Below, one piece after another: positions 12,351-26,134 of a stretch of 64,000 bases of DNA; positions within the stretch are counted from its first letter, which is position 1, and every line of letters starts with the position of its first letter. The notes under the pieces were generated by a model. That model saw only the letters and a list, made by a program, of their open reading frames with translations. It searched no databases and had not been told where the DNA came from. The stretch is from Callorhinchus milii (Eukaryota). The stretch covers positions 101,682,001 to 101,746,000 of the forward strand of contig NW_024704742.1 in NCBI RefSeq assembly GCF_018977255.1, given 5' to 3'. Both the position numbers and the translations under genes were made by a program.

Positions 12351-12356
12351 TTTATT
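12351..12356 (-). terminator. Candidate TNFAIP8 polyadenylation signal AATAAA (alternatives at 12421-12426 and 12908-12913)
   Basis: Plus-strand TTTATT about 0.95 kb beyond the stop codon, in AT-rich, repeat-free sequence; U-rich ttgcattttgtc follows on the minus strand. Confidence 0.4.
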
Positions 12357-13308
12357 CAATAAGAAAATGACTGAAAGACCCACACATTTTGTTGATACAT
12401 TACTCCATGGTTGTTGCAAATTTATTCTTTGGTTTGCGACAAACAAATAATTTGCACACATTAAAATTTGTGAACAGCTGGTCAGAGAAGCAATAGCAGA
12501 CATACTATGTAAATGCACATAGCACAATTGAACATGGTAAAATTGCAAGATATTTGGGAGTTCATCAAATTGCAAAAAAAAGATTTAAAAAGCAGCTAAA
12601 ATTGATCAGATTGAGTTTCCAAGTAGCAAATCATATTCATTGATTCTTTGTACTTCAAATATCCCTCATATTCAGTCATAATCCAGACACCCTACTGTCT
12701 AGGAAAACTTCATTACAATAACTGTCAGGAAAAGCAGTCGCAAACAACTTCTGTGAAAAACAGTCCTGAAATGCCATCTGTGAATTTTCTCTACTTGGTC
12801 ATAATACTGCAAGAATTTTTTTTGTCTGTATGAACTGTTCAACCTACTTTGCAGCAGTGATTCCAAAACAACATTGATACTGTGACATCAGTCTTGCTTT
12901 CTAATATTTTATTACTCTTTAGAATGTTTTGGAAATTTTTGCATTTAGAAAACTGTAAGAAAGGCACGTATTTTTCATAATAGTCCAGATGTTTGTTGGA
13001 TTTCTTCCGCTCGTGTGAGTTCTTTAGCAGATTGATTCCAGAGACTGAGTTTGGGTATCCACTAAGGTTTTAGGAGCTAGGCATACAGCAGTTTATCTTT
13101 TGATGGGCAACAAGTAGCAGGCAGTAAGATCTAGACTACTTTGTGCATACTGATATAGAAATGGGAGCCAATTCTTTATAAAGAAAACGTCTTTTTTTGT
13201 TTTACAAAGGCATATTTTTCATGGCATTGTTGCTTCACATGTGAACAGTTTTCTATATTGTCAACAGAATGTTCAACATTAATTTGGAAGTGTACATTTG
13301 GCGGGCGT

Positions 13309-13874
13309 TTATATATTCCCATCGTCCAGCATTTTGTTCACACCATTACAAATTTTATGCAGATTATTTTTATAAAGTCCAAAAGGATTGTACAGTGCAG
13401 CCAAGAACTCACAATCCGCAAAGTGATTAAACACATGATTGATACGTCCGTGTGACTTGGCAGTCAAATGGCGCTGGATGACCTGGTGCAGCATGTCCCT
13501 GCATTCGTTCAAAAGTTTGGACAGAACATTGCGGTCAAAGGTAAAGTCAACCTGATGGAAACTGACAATTGTCATAGCTAGCTGGTGAAGCTTCTTCTTG
13601 AACTTCTCCATCAACATTGTCTCTTCATCATTGAACTGGTTATTTCGGAACAGGACTCCCAGTTTTATGACCATCTTGATGAGATTTTTGATGATCTTCT
13701 CTGCCTCCTTTTTGTTTTGAGTAAACTCCTTGGTTGTTTTATAAAGCTCATCTAAGACTTCACTGCTGTTGTCATCAACCAATGCTGTTGCTATTGACTT
13801 TGAAGCCATCTTCCCAAGTATTTTCTTCTGAGCCTGGACAGCCAGACTTTTGGAATTGAAGACCTCAGTGGCCA
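13309..13874 (-). CDS. TNFAIP8: TNF-alpha-induced protein 8 (TIPE family), main/last coding exon, phase-1 acceptor
   Basis: Translates (x)[44 protein letters not shown]...[31 protein letters not shown]...NKMLDDGNI*. This closely matches vertebrate TNFAIP8 as I recall it (ATDVFNSK N-terminus, ALYNPFG and MLDEENI C-terminus). Acceptor on minus strand cccttctgtgtttctttttcag|TGGCC, AG at 13876-13875; stop TAA 13311-13309; 566 nt = 2 + 188 codons. Confidence 0.96.
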
Positions 13875-14034
13875 CTGAAAAAGAAACACAGAAGGGATTA
13901 AACACACGATAGAAAACTATGATAAGACCAGGAATGCCTCCAGGTTTTTGTAAATTCAATCTAAATGTGTACAATACAATCTGCTCTTATTTCACAGCTT
14001 TTAGAAAATAGGACATAAGTTTGCGTTGTAAACC

Positions 14035-14230
14035 ACAACAACCAAATTGCATTTGCATAGCACCTTTCACATTGGGAGGATGTCCAATCAGTGTTTCGGA
14101 CCCGAGCTGATGGTCGGGATCGGGGAGTGGGGGAAAGTAGGTGACCGAAGACACGGTTGAAGAGGAGGGTCTTGAGATGGGTCTTGAAGGAGGCGAGGCG
14201 GAGGTACTGCGGGATGGAGTTCCAGAGGGT
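14035..14230 (-). mobile_element. L2 3' fragment about 160 bp from the TNFAIP8 acceptor
   Basis: LWNSIPQYLRLASFKTHLKTLLF and tail. Confidence 0.8.
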
Positions 14231-14619
14231 GTAAAGGGTAATTTCAGGACAGTCACTAGAAAGTTTTACTTTACCAAACGGGTAATCAATGACTAGAATA
14301 GATTGCCAAGAAGGGTGCTTGACATTGAAGGCTAGGGTACTGGACTCATTTAAAAAGCAGCTTAATGCAACCATGGGGAGAACGGTAGGGTGGGTTTTCT
14401 GGAGGGGTGCAATTGGATCGGCCAAAGGAACCTTCTTCATCTAAACCAATCTTGTGATCTTGTGTGATCTATTTTTTATTTTATTTTGCAGGTGTGCAAC
14501 ACCATTGACTCACCGCCACACATTGTGTTACACTACTCATTCAATTCTACAAAAACAGGCCACCTGGGTTAGTATCCTGCTGGGTTAATTCCTTTTCTGC
14601 CCATTTCCACTCCTGAAGA

Positions 14620-14860
14620 TACTGACTCTTGGTGCTAATAGCAACTCCTCCGAGTTCATGTGTGAACCCAGGCAGTGAGTACAGTATGAGTATCAACTGT
14701 GGGAACACTTCAGCACAGCCAAATCTGATCCCTACCAAAAGTCAGCATCATTGGATCAGGAGCAGGAGTGGCTAACATCTCCCCTGCCGAACCCAGTGAT
14801 GTTGAGTTCAATTGTTGTAACCCAAATGCTATTTCTGAGATGAGGTAACAGCACAAACTA
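14620..14860 (-). mobile_element. Ancient AmnSINE2-like element
   Basis: Reverse complement contains ctcctgctcctgatcc, ggctgtg, actcactgcctgggttcacacatgaa, resembling the AmnSINE2 consensus as I recall it. Confidence 0.5.
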
Positions 14861-15633
14861 TCCGTCAGCACTTCAAAATGGTAGCCAATGTGGGAAAGGC
14901 AAAATAGCCGACTTCCAGGTTACTGCCAACATCATTTCATTTGCGCAAGTGCCATTGACCCCATGACATTTTCGTCAGGGGCTATACGGCACTCTGAAGA
15001 TTCGAAAGATCTATTGCCCACTCTTTAGACTTATTGGGTTAGGTAAATGTGGAGGTCCACACCTCAATTGCGCTATAAGTCAACCTGTGTTATAATGAAG
15101 CACAAACCTAAGGTTCCCTGTAAACTCTATGTTACCAGTAGCTAAATGGGCAGAACTTGACTTCTGGTTTCCATTCTACCCATGCAGAATGTTGTGCTCA
15201 CTGTGGAAAGATTACAGACTGGAATTATATTTCTTCGGTTAATGTGTACTTAAGGATAACTGTAACTCAACAAAACCTTATTTGCTAAATGGAACCTTAA
15301 ATCCAACCTCAGGAAAAGGTCCCACAGCTGCAACTCAGATCAGTTTGAATGATCTTACAAATTGAGGAAGGATTTTACTTGCATAAACTTATTATAGTAT
15401 AATCTCAGTTGCCAAATCTCATTTCACCTATCTTTACTTCCTGATATTCAGAAACGAAAGATGTAATACACATCAATCCTAGTCTTTACACACAACACTG
15501 TCAATTTTAGGCACCACAACAAGAATGTTCAATATATTTTCCTCCTTGCTTAAAGCTAAAGTATGTTTTTATTTAGCAGTTTGCTTGAAGTTGGTGCTAT
15601 GCTGACAAAGGGAAATCAAGGGAGTTACATTGC

Positions 15634-15849
15634 ATTCCACACACCTAATAATATTCCCTCCAAAACAAAACAATAATAATTTGGTCATTTTCAATCCACG
15701 ACTGTTTGCGGGACACTGCTGTGCGCAATTGGCTGCTACATTTCACCCACAAATATATGGTCAATTCACTTTACAGCATATTCTGTGAAGCGCTTTGATA
15801 GGTTGAGAAGATGTGAAAAGCGCGATATCAAATGCAAGGATTATTATTA
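15634..15849 (+). mobile_element. 5'-truncated copy of the short SINE subfamily
   Basis: Matches from ccacacacctaataat to ggattattatt. Confidence 0.85.
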
Positions 15850-16139
15850 GTAGTAATAGTAGCTGTCTATTTCACCACTATTACTAGTGTCCAATGTTTT
15901 ATAATTCTGTTCATGCACAGAACATCCAATGCCATTGTGTTACATACAGGAATGGCATCTTTGTGTGCAGAATGAGTATCATATATCATCAGGATTTATC
16001 AAACAGGAATAATGTACTTGGAGTGTGGTTCAGGCATCAACACCATCATGTAACCCCATAGTGCAGCAGGTAGCATAATATTACCAGTCATCTGTGCCTG
16101 GAGCAACTGCAGGCTGTTCAATTGGAATATCAGCCTGAC

Positions 16140-16556
16140 CCTGTTGGCAGCACTTTCTCACCTCTGAGTCAGAAGGTTATGGCTTGAGCCTCATGTCAAG
16201 GTTTTGAGCTCGCAATCTATGCTGACATTCCAATACAGTGCTGGGAGAGAGTACATTTTTGGAGATGTTGTCCTTAAGACATTAAACCAAGGTCCTCTCT
16301 GCCTGTTCAGGTGGATGTTAAGAATCCAATGGCATTATTTGAAAAGAGAGGGGAGTTTCCCCAGGGAAGGGATATTCTACAGATTAAATTGATCATTCAT
16401 ACCTTCATAGCTGCTTATCAGATATTGCTGTGTGCAAATCGACTGCCACATTTGCCCACAAAATACACAGTTACTACACTTTACAGCAAATCCTGTGATA
16501 CACTTTGAGACATCCTCCTAAAATGAAAAGCGCTATATCGATTGCAAGGATTATTA
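16140..16556 (+). mobile_element. Old SacSINE1-like DeuSINE
   Basis: ctctgagtcagaaggtt...gcctgttcaggtggatgttaag...tail. Confidence 0.78.
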
Positions 16557-16984
16557 AATAGTTGTTACTAATGAAATAACCCAGAACACTACACACATCA
16601 TCGATTGAGCAGAGTTTGTGGTGTTTCTAGCAATGTGACGAAAAGACACACTTTACAGATCTGAAAGCCTGTATTACAAAAAGGTAATTTGCGCAACTGC
16701 AAAACCATAGAAATTTACTGCACAGGGAAGGTCATTTGACCATCATGTTTGTGTTGGCTTTTTTAAGAGCAATCTTTTCAATTCCATTTACATATCCTTT
16801 CTTTAAACCCTTGCAGTTTACCATTTAACACAGTTTATTTGCAACTAGTGTCTGTGCAACATTAAAGACAGAAAGATAGGACCAGATAGGATATAAACTA
16901 GCTTTTATGAATCTAATCAGTAAATCAAACAGCATCTCGTACACAATAGTATCTTATTTATCATTTTCTGGCAAGGCTGGGGTC

Positions 16985-18545
16985 AATGGAGCACCTGGTC
17001 CCTCGACCCCATCCCTACCCCTCTCCTCACCTCCCAGCTCCACCACCTCACAGACATCATAAACCTGTTCACTGGCACCATTCCCGCCCCTCTAAAAATG
17101 GCTGTCACCACTCCTATCCTCCCTGGATCCATCCCTGCTCTCAAACTACCACCCCATCTCCAACCTCCCTTTTGTTTCCAAGGTCCTGGAACGAGTTGTT
17201 GCTTCTCAGCTTTGTTCCTTCTTCTCCCGCCACTCCCTTTACGGACCCCTCCAATCACGTTTCCATGCTGTCCAATGCACAGAAACAGCTTTGGTCAAAG
17301 TGACAAATTACATTTTGTCCATCTGTGACCAGAGCTCCCTCTGACTCCTCGTCCTCCTTGACCTCTCTGCTGCCTTTGATACGTTGAACATTCTATCCTC
17401 CTCCACCGCCTCTCCTCTCACCTCAACCTTCATGGTTTTATCTTGAAATGGTTCAGATCGTACCTCTCACACCATCTCAATTTCATTTCCACAAACGGTT
17501 TCTCCTCTAGTCCCCGCACCGTCTTGTGCGGCATTCTTCAGGGCTCTGTCCTTGGTCCCTTTTCAATATCTATATGCTCCCTCTTGGTGACATCATCCGC
17601 AGACATGGGGTCAACTTCCACATGTATGCGGATGACACCCAACTCTATCTCTGTGCCTCCACCCTTGACTCCAGGACCACTGTTGTCCTGAAAGAATGTC
17701 TGTCAGACATCAAGTCCTGGATGAGAGCTAACTTTCTACAGTTGAACGTCAACAAGACCGAAGCTCTCCTGATTGGCTCCTGTCAGAACCAGCACACCTC
17801 AGGAGCTGACAGCATCACCATCCAAGATGCACACTCCACCTTACTAAGCCAGTCGGGATCCTTGGCATCTTGTTTGACCAGCAAATATCCTTCCTATTAC
17901 ACATCCATGCCATGACCCGCTCTGCCTTCTCCCACCTCCGGAACATCACCCGGCTCCGCCACCGTCTCACACTGCAGGCCAGGCTCGACGATGCAAATTC
18001 CTTGCTTGTCAGCCTACCCAAGTCTTCCCTCCATGGCCTGTAGATCATCCAGAACTCTGCAGCCCATGTCCTCTCTCGCACCAGGCTCCACGACCCTATC
18101 ACCCCCATCCTCGACGGACTCCATTGGCTTCCCATCACACAGAGCCTATATTTCAAGATCCTGGTCTTCACCTTCAATGCCGTCCAAGGTCTTGCTCCCC
18201 ATTGCCTCTGCAACCTCCTAACCCCCTACCAATCTGCCCACTCCCTCTGCTCAGAGGGCTCCGGACTGCTTCTCGTCCCCCACCTCGCCCACCCCACCAT
18301 TGAAGGTGGGCCTTCTGCCACCCAGACCCTACCCTCTGGAACTCCATCCCGCAGTCCCTCTGCCTCGCCCCCCTCCCTTGTCTCCTTCAAAACCATCTCA
18401 ATATCCTCCTCTTCGACCGTGCCTTTGGTCACCCTCCACCCTCCCCAATCCCGACCCCTAGCTCGGATCCGAAACACTGATTGTCCAGCACCTTGGGATG
18501 TCCTCCCGACATGAAAGGCACTATACAAATGTAATTTTGTTGTAG
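16985..18545 (+). mobile_element. 5'-truncated L2 LINE with RT remnant
   Basis: QGSVLGP, FHMYADDTQLY, FLQLNVNKTE; L2 3' tail gggatgtcctcccgacatgaaaggcactatac. Confidence 0.9.
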
Positions 18546-19068
18546 TAATTTCTTTAGCTCTAGTTTATCGAAACTGGAGGTGAAGGGCAGGGAGGAGTTG
18601 GCAAGAGAGATTAGACAAGATTTTATTTAGGGAAAAGCACAAGCGTTAACTTGATTCTGGTTCTGTGCTGCAACATTCTAGGAGGAGAAATTTCACAAAT
18701 CAGGGGAACTGCACTTGATACCAGTAAACCTGTCTTTTTTTAAAACTATTTTGTAGCTAATAATTCTAAAATTATTGGTCTCCAGGACACAATGAGCTCT
18801 TGTGGGTAAAATCTGTGACTGGGATATACGCCTGAATTCCTTTTCTATTGTCTGACTAGTCTGTGGTATGACACAATAGATGAATTTCACAATGGAGATT
18901 TTTGTTAAGAGAAAAACAAACACTTATTGATACACACGTCTTCAAAGTGGATGACCCGAAACCACACACAGAGTTTACACACCCCAGTGACTTATTTTGC
19001 ATAACAATTTGTGGCAACATAATAGGTTTAAGGTTCCATTCCAACAATTTATCTCTAGAATTTCCATG

Positions 19069-19311
19069 TGTAGGTGGGATGCATGGAATTCTGTTTGCTT
19101 TGGATACTCTTAAGCATGGTGATGGGTGTCCTCATTTGTGTCCGGAATTAGGTAAACAGGATGCATCTCCCCAGGGAGAGAGTTCGCATTCAATTCTAAT
19201 ACATAGGTATTTCCATATATGTAGGTGGGGAACTCTCAGTTTGGTTTGGGTACTCTTAAATATAGTGATGGGTTTCTGGATGTGTCAGACACCCAGCTGA
19301 CTAAAAAAAAA
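19069..19311 (+). repeat. Unclassified dispersed repeat (two partial tandem copies); related copies at 42293-42450 and 58150-58245
   Basis: Shared motif ggaa..ctcagtctggtttggatactcttaagcacagtgatgggtttc...gtcagccacctggctgacc. Confidence 0.7.
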
Positions 19312-21689
19312 CATAGATTTACCGATTCCAAACAAGATTCCTTAACAAGTTAAGCTTGTTTGCAAACTTCATTCTGTGGTGTCAGTTCCACCCCTTTCCC
19401 TTGAGTAGTAAAACAATCAGTGCAAAATGGGGAATCCTTCCAGTAAGCAGATTTACATTACACAACTCAACTCCAAAACAATCTACTCAGGAGAAGAGTT
19501 GACCATCATGATTTCTTTTTCTTATGGAATCCCATTAAAATTCTGCATTTTAAACCCCAATATGTGTGCAACTAGCTGCCGCTTTTCACCCACAAAATAC
19601 AGTGTTTACTTTACAGAAGTTCCTGTGAAACACCTTGAGATGGCTCAATGACCTAATAAGGTACTATATCAAATGCAAGGATCTGTATTATTATATGTAT
19701 GAAGTGTAGAACAAACTTATATTTTTCTTCTTCTCATTCCTCACACTACAGAAAGGGGTACTGATTTAATGCCTAACAGACAAACTGTGTTTAATCTGAA
19801 GTGCTAGTAGAAAGATAAAAAGAATAAAATTTGTAAGAGTACCAAAAATATGTCATGCATTTTCAATTACACGTGACCAATGTTACTGATCAAATTCTTT
19901 AATGGAAAAAGCATGATGCATACTTCTGTAACTGTATTTTCTTCCTCTGTGTCTATTTAGGATCTGTAGAATCCCATTTCAAGTAAATCAAAACAATATT
20001 TTAATGTGACCTTTATTCTCTGATAAAATACCCGACATTTCACAAGATCCCCAGCTCTTGAACATCTTAAAGCATTTTGCAATGTTTCTGTGACATGCAG
20101 TGATGATGTTTTTGCAGAAGCTTGTTGTATTCTGGAGAATTTCAGCACAGGTTAAAGCCAAGGTATGAGGACCACCGTGTGCCCTTAGGGATACTGTTTG
20201 AGTTTAATTAGCTAAAACCGCACAGCTTACCATTATAGAGCACTGCCGAGCTTCTGCTACTTGCCCAGCTAGGGCCATCCAACCCATTATAAGTACTCCA
20301 AAACGTTACTCCACATGAATAAATACAAGTTGTTGTTGTTAGGGCTTTGGCTCTCAGGGTTAATAAGAGCAAAGCAGGAAGAATCCCAGCCCTGAGTGGC
20401 TTATGTGCTTCTCAAAATTCTGCCAATGCGTCAAATTGGCTGGTCCATCATTAACTGATCCTGGAGTACTGCAGACCTGCTGAGCTCTGGTTCCATACCA
20501 CAGAGATAGCTACCTACACAGGATTGACTTGAATTGCACTATGAAGCATATTATATTATGAACATTTGTTATACTGTACAGTTGATTCAACACTACTTTT
20601 TCCAGTCAATTGAAGAATGTGTGTGGCAGCTTGAATATGTATAAAAAATTTTAATTTAGAAATGACTACATTACATCTGTACCCATCTGATAACAGCTGT
20701 TACTAATCTCAACTAAGATCCTTCCTCACAGTTTCACGAAAAGCAGAAATGAGATTTACCACAAACCCTTGTGACTCAAGTGTCCCATTTGTCAGTTAAA
20801 CATATCAATGGAATGACACTGTGACAGTCTGCCGCTGAAAGGTCAGTTTAACTAAAGTTTACAGATAATGCATTTCAAAAATGGGAAATGCTATTCAGCC
20901 TGTGGAGACAGTTTGCCAATTTATTTTATCATTCCAGATCTTTTAATTTTCCTATTTTCTCTATAAACAATAATAGTCTTACTACCCAAATATCTATCTG
21001 ATGGAAACTGAGTTCTCATTCTCATTCACTATCCTCAAACACTGCTCAAAGTATGTTTGAACTCAGACCATGTGAACAAGCTTGACAATGATGCACACCT
21101 AATATTCCTTGTTCTGGCTGGCTAACAGCCACATGCTGACCATGCAATTGTGTTCCAGCACAAGTTGCAAGAGGAAAAGGGAAGTAGAGAAGGGGAAAGG
21201 GCAATATCCTCAGTTAAGTTTACATATGCAGAACAATCTTTTGAAATCATAGACCTCTAATGAGGAAAGGGTCCTGTGGTAAACTGGAAGTCTGTGGACG
21301 TCAACGTACATGTACGGTCTCCCTATTTACTTCCAGTTTCTAATTTAACAAGTTCCGCATTAGAGAAACAGAAATATTTATACAGGGGCAGTCAATTCTG
21401 AAGTATGAGAAAATAAACAAAAGGTAAAAGAGAAAGGAAAGCCTAAAGGAAGAAAACGGAGTCATAAAGAAGTACACATCTCACGCTCCTATTTACTGGG
21501 TGAGGGTGTCTTGTATTTCTGCAATCTTTGGGACTCATCTCTTCATACCCTCAGATGTTCCAGTGAAGTCTCTAATGGAGAGAAATGGGGTGGGGGTTGG
21601 AGGAGAGCATTGGGTCATGTATACTGGAATGCCCAGCTCAACAACAACAAGTTGCATTTCTATAGGATCCGTCACACAGGGTAGAGTCT

Positions 21690-21990
21690 TGGTTCGCTTA
21701 TCAATATCATATTTCGACACCAAGCCAGGGAGGAAAGGGGAGGTGACCATACACACAATTAAGCTGAAGACGGGCAAAAAAGGGGCAGGATGACGTAATT
21801 GAGACAGGACGTTCCAGAGGTCTGTGTGTGGTGGCTGAAAGCATGCTTGCCGATGATGGAATTGAGTGGTTGAGGGACATGCAGCAGGCCCAAGCTAGTC
21901 GAGCAAAGAGGTAGGATAGAGGAGTAGGGTGTGAGCAGGTTTGAGAAGCAGGGAGAACAAGGGCATTACGTAATTTGTAGGTGAATGCTG
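21690..21990 (-). mobile_element. Old L2-like fragment
   Basis: Degenerate similarity to the L2 3' ORF region (acgttccagagg, ggtggctgaaagc). Confidence 0.55.
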
Positions 21991-22004
21991 ATTCTCCATC
22001 CAGA

Positions 22005-22275
22005 ATTATAGAATCATAGAATTTTACAACACAGAAGGAGGGCATTCGGCCCATCGTGCCTGTGCTGGGTCTTTGAAAAAGCTATCCAATTAGTCCCACT
22101 CCCCACTCTTTCCCCACAGCCTTGCAAATGTTTCCTTTTCAAGTATACATCCAATTCCTTTTTGAAAGTTGCTACTGAATCTGCTTCCACCAGGCTTTTA
22201 GGCAGTGCATTCCAGATCGTAACACCTTGCTGTGTAAAAAACTTTCCTTTCATCTTCCCTCTGGTTCTTTTGCCA
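22005..22275 (-). mobile_element. CR1 3' end
   Basis: (ATAGAATC)-type tail; FFTQQGVTIWNALP. Confidence 0.85.
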
Positions 22276-23099
22276 GAGAAGGTACTTTAAACACAAATTA
22301 ATCTCTCCAGACATTTCTGTAAGGTAATGGCTGGTCTGCTCTTTATTTGCCCTCCTTTTACTTGATGTTCTCCCGACGTGAAAAGCGCTATATCAAATGC
22401 ATGGATTATTTGATTATTATGTTCAACAGTGAATGACAAAAGTTCCACTTCCACATCATTGACATCTTTCCCCTTGATAGCACAAAAACACTCGAGTTAC
22501 TTTCAGAACAGCAAGTGAACACTTAAGTCACTTCTAGAACAGCAAGTGCTTTAAAACAATTTGACCAAGATGTGCTTTTATAGCAAAGTCCCACACTTGC
22601 CTCCCTGGCAACCACATATACATTTTCCCAGCAGGAGTAGCTAAAAGGCGATTAGAGATGAAAGCCTAGATGATTGTTCCCTCTGTAAACTAGCAGTAAT
22701 GTGGCTTTATAGCTACACTACTCAGTGTCATATTTTGTAATGTTTTTACCCATTGAACCATCAGGGTGGTGGGGGAAAGAAAGGGCAACTGTATATTTAG
22801 TTTTTAAAGCTGCAACTGCTAGTAAAATGTTACATTTTTCAGTGAACTTGCTAATACAGTATCTGTCAGGAAGCCAAATGGATCAATGAACAAGCATGCT
22901 CAAGAAACTGGGTGCTAATTCATAACTAAAAATGAAAGGAAACACGGAAACAGCTGAAAGGATTCAGTGCACATGTGGGAACCAATAATAATTTAAATAA
23001 AATTAAATGTACTGTATATAGCGAACATCACAGTAATTTAATCTGCAAGTATCTGATGGAAGAGACTTAGTAATATCTATTCTAGATGATGGTTTTTGG

Positions 23100-23860
23100 T
23101 CTTGTGTTGGCTCAGTTGGTAGCACGCTCATTTCTGAGTCAGAAGGTTGTGAATTCAAGCACCACGTCAAGCACTTGGAGCTCATCTCCTAGACTGACAC
23201 TCTGGTGCAGTAGTGAGTGAGTGCTGCCTTAAAGGAAGTGCTGTCCTTCGGATGAGATGTTTTTGGAGTCCTGTAGCTCAGTGGTTAGAGCACTCGCTTT
23301 GCAAGTGAGAGACCTGAGTTCAATTCCAGGCAGGGCGAAACCTTGGGCAAGTTTCCTTACTCCACACGCCTAATAATAAACCCTCCAAAACCAAAAACAA
23401 TAATAAATTGGTCATTTTCAATCTACAACTGTTTGTGGGACATTGCTGTGCGCAATTGGCTGCCGCAGTCGCCCGCAAATATACAATCAATTCACTTTAC
23501 AGTGTGTTCTGTGAAGCGCTTTGGGACGTCCTCCTGACGTGAAAAGCGCTATATCAAATGCAAGGATTATTATTATTATTAAACCAAAGTCCCAACTCCC
23601 TGTTCAGGTGGACATTAAAGATCACATGGTACAATTCAAAAAGAGAAAGGAGTTTCTCCTAGCTGAAATCCCCCAGATGAAATTGATCATTCGCTTCATG
23701 GCTATTTGTGGGACATTGCTGGGCACAGATTCAACATTTGCATACATTGACTGTATGACTGTCACATTCGCCTATAAATATACAGTCATTATATTTTACA
23801 CTAAATCCTATCAAGTACTGTGAGACGTTTTGACAATGTGATAAGATACTATATTAAATT
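23100..23860 (+). mobile_element. Old SacSINE1-like DeuSINE, split by a young SINE
   Basis: ggctcagttggtagcac...ctgagtcagaaggttgtg head; ttcaggtggacattaaagatc body resumes at 23581. Confidence 0.8.
23265..23580 (+). mobile_element. Young tRNA-derived Deu SINE nested in an older SINE
   Basis: Same consensus; splits the host sequence gagatgtt|aaacc. Confidence 0.92.
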
Positions 23861-24984
23861 ACTGTTTGAATGATATATTTTATATTTGTCAATCTATAAT
23901 AATAAATAATAATAATCTATATGAAATATATTCTCTTTTTGGTTACAAAATGCATCAAACATACTGACCCATTTTTGAGAAATTTGGCCTCAAGTTCCAC
24001 TGCGCGTTCCTGAGGTCCCACCCAAGTACAAAAGTGAGGTAGCTAAGTAACTTGTTTCCCATCTAAAGCGAGTCATAGATTGCAAGGCCTGGCTCACCAA
24101 ACGCAAAACTCGATTCATATAACATAGAGCAACACTACCTACAAAATACCACATCTTCTTTTCTGCCTAATACCCTGAAGACTTCAAACATAATTTTATT
24201 TAACACCGACCACTTTTCTCAGCGCTGTGCCTACCTGCTGACATTTGCTGTACCAGTGCTGATGTAATTAACATGTACCTGCTCCTTCTGTAACCAATTC
24301 AGAGTTATTAATGTTCATTATGCGCTATGTGGTGTTAAACGTAAAGGAAATTATAGGTTCCCTTAATTATTTAAATGTAGAAAATGGGTTAATTCTACAA
24401 TTAATAAATCTTTTTTATAGCTGTTACATTATTAAAGGAATTACACCTGGCATATAACAGAGTATTGCGAACAGTTTAATGTACTAAAATTATTACTGTA
24501 AAAAACACAAAAGGGGGTAGAAATTATGTTTTTGGTTGTGGTTTAATAAGGATCAAAGTGGGGAGAGGAGAAGGAGAGAATATGTTTCACATGAAATATT
24601 GTGTTGAAATTGGAAATGTACTTCAGGCACCTCAAGCCAAAGACAGTAAAAATCTGAACCAAATTCCCTTAGTATAGCAGGCTCTTTGTGACAAATATCC
24701 ACCATAAACATTCATTACAAAAATCTTCAGCTAACTTGAACAACATTTAAGAAGGAGCAATCTATTTGAGACACGTCTGACAATGTGTTTCAAGCACCTC
24801 ATAAAATTCCAGGCTGCAAATGAAGCAAAACTAAATGGGGTTGCCAGATACTTATCCCGTACTACATAAAATAAGTCTTTCTTCATTGACTATATTAAAG
24901 TCTTTTTCTTGGCTACTAATGTTTTATGAAATTATTCAGCATTGCCTATTTTTTTTCTTTTTGCACTCATACTTGTTTGTCAGC

Positions 24985-25370
24985 TCACTTCAGTTGGTAG
25001 CACTCTCGCTTCTTTTACCAGAAGCCCTACATCAGAACATGGAATGCATATAGTCTAAGCTGACACTCTAATGCAGTGCTGAGGTGGCTGCATTTTTGGA
25101 GGTACCATACTGTATGTAAGTCATTAAACAAAGGTCCCATTTGTCTGTCCAGGTGAATGCTAAAGATCCCATGGCACTATTCATAAAGAAAATAGAGTTT
25201 AACCTGGTGTCCTGACCAACAATCCCCCAAATAAAATTGGTCACTAACTTCATGTACAATTGCTGTGTGCAAATTGCCCACTGCACTTTATAGTATATCA
25301 TGTGAAGTGCTTTGCGATGTCATGAAGACGTGATAAGGCATTATATAAAATGCAAAGATTATTATTATTA
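24985..25370 (+). mobile_element. Old SacSINE1-like DeuSINE
   Basis: cagttggtagcactctcgc...caggtgaatgctaaagatcccatggcactatt...tail. Confidence 0.75.
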
Positions 25371-26134
25371 TACTGACCCAGATTCCAACATGCTGCTTCA
25401 GGAGAGCAGGACAATTTGTAACAGATTTTCAGTGAGCCACCAGTAACATTGCAGCATTTCAGCTGACACTCTCATAGTCCAGAGTGAAAGACCGTCTCCT
25501 AAAGTTTCATTTGTCCTCCCTAATATCTCTTCCAAATATGAAACTATGGGAGGTAGAATAGAAAACACAAAACGGAATGTATTTTTTTGTGTGTTACCCA
25601 ACAAACAAGCACGATTATGATCTTAGAAATTCTCTGTAAGAAAGGATTGCAAAATACTATTGTCAAAGCAAAGCCTTTGATTATGATGGATGGAGTTGTG
25701 AAGAGGTTAGAATTCCCGCAGCTAGAAGGCTGCAGCTGGTATTTTGTTCTTAATTTTAAATGTTCTCAGGAATACTTATTGAAAGGTTATCCATAGTCAA
25801 CTGAATGAAGCAAAATCTTTATGCAATCTCATAAGCAATCATACTGGCAAATAGGGTTGCGTACTTGTTACACACTGCTGTCATACTGATATCCCCCATT
25901 GAAAGGCAATAACGTTCTGAATGTAGATGCATTTTTAGCCTCAATGGACACTTCTGATCATGCAGAAATTCTCAAACTGGCATTACATTCTGGTCATTGT
26001 GTGGTTATGTTGGAATATGGCTTGTGTTGATTAATTATTGTTCTATTCTGCTAAAGCTTTCCTGCATCAATTTCTGTCATAATTGTGACATTTAATTGCT
26101 TTTAGTAGAAACACAATACTGTATTGTGCAGTTC

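Noticed and set aside
13865..13878. 14-bp palindrome TCAGTGGCCACTGA across the acceptor
   Set aside because: Gives only a 5-bp stem and is explained by splice-site plus codon constraints.
13875..13974. N-terminal extension MYTFRLNL...VSFS of the 221-aa ORF
   Set aside because: It is intronic: it contains the polypyrimidine tract and acceptor, and homology starts at 13874.
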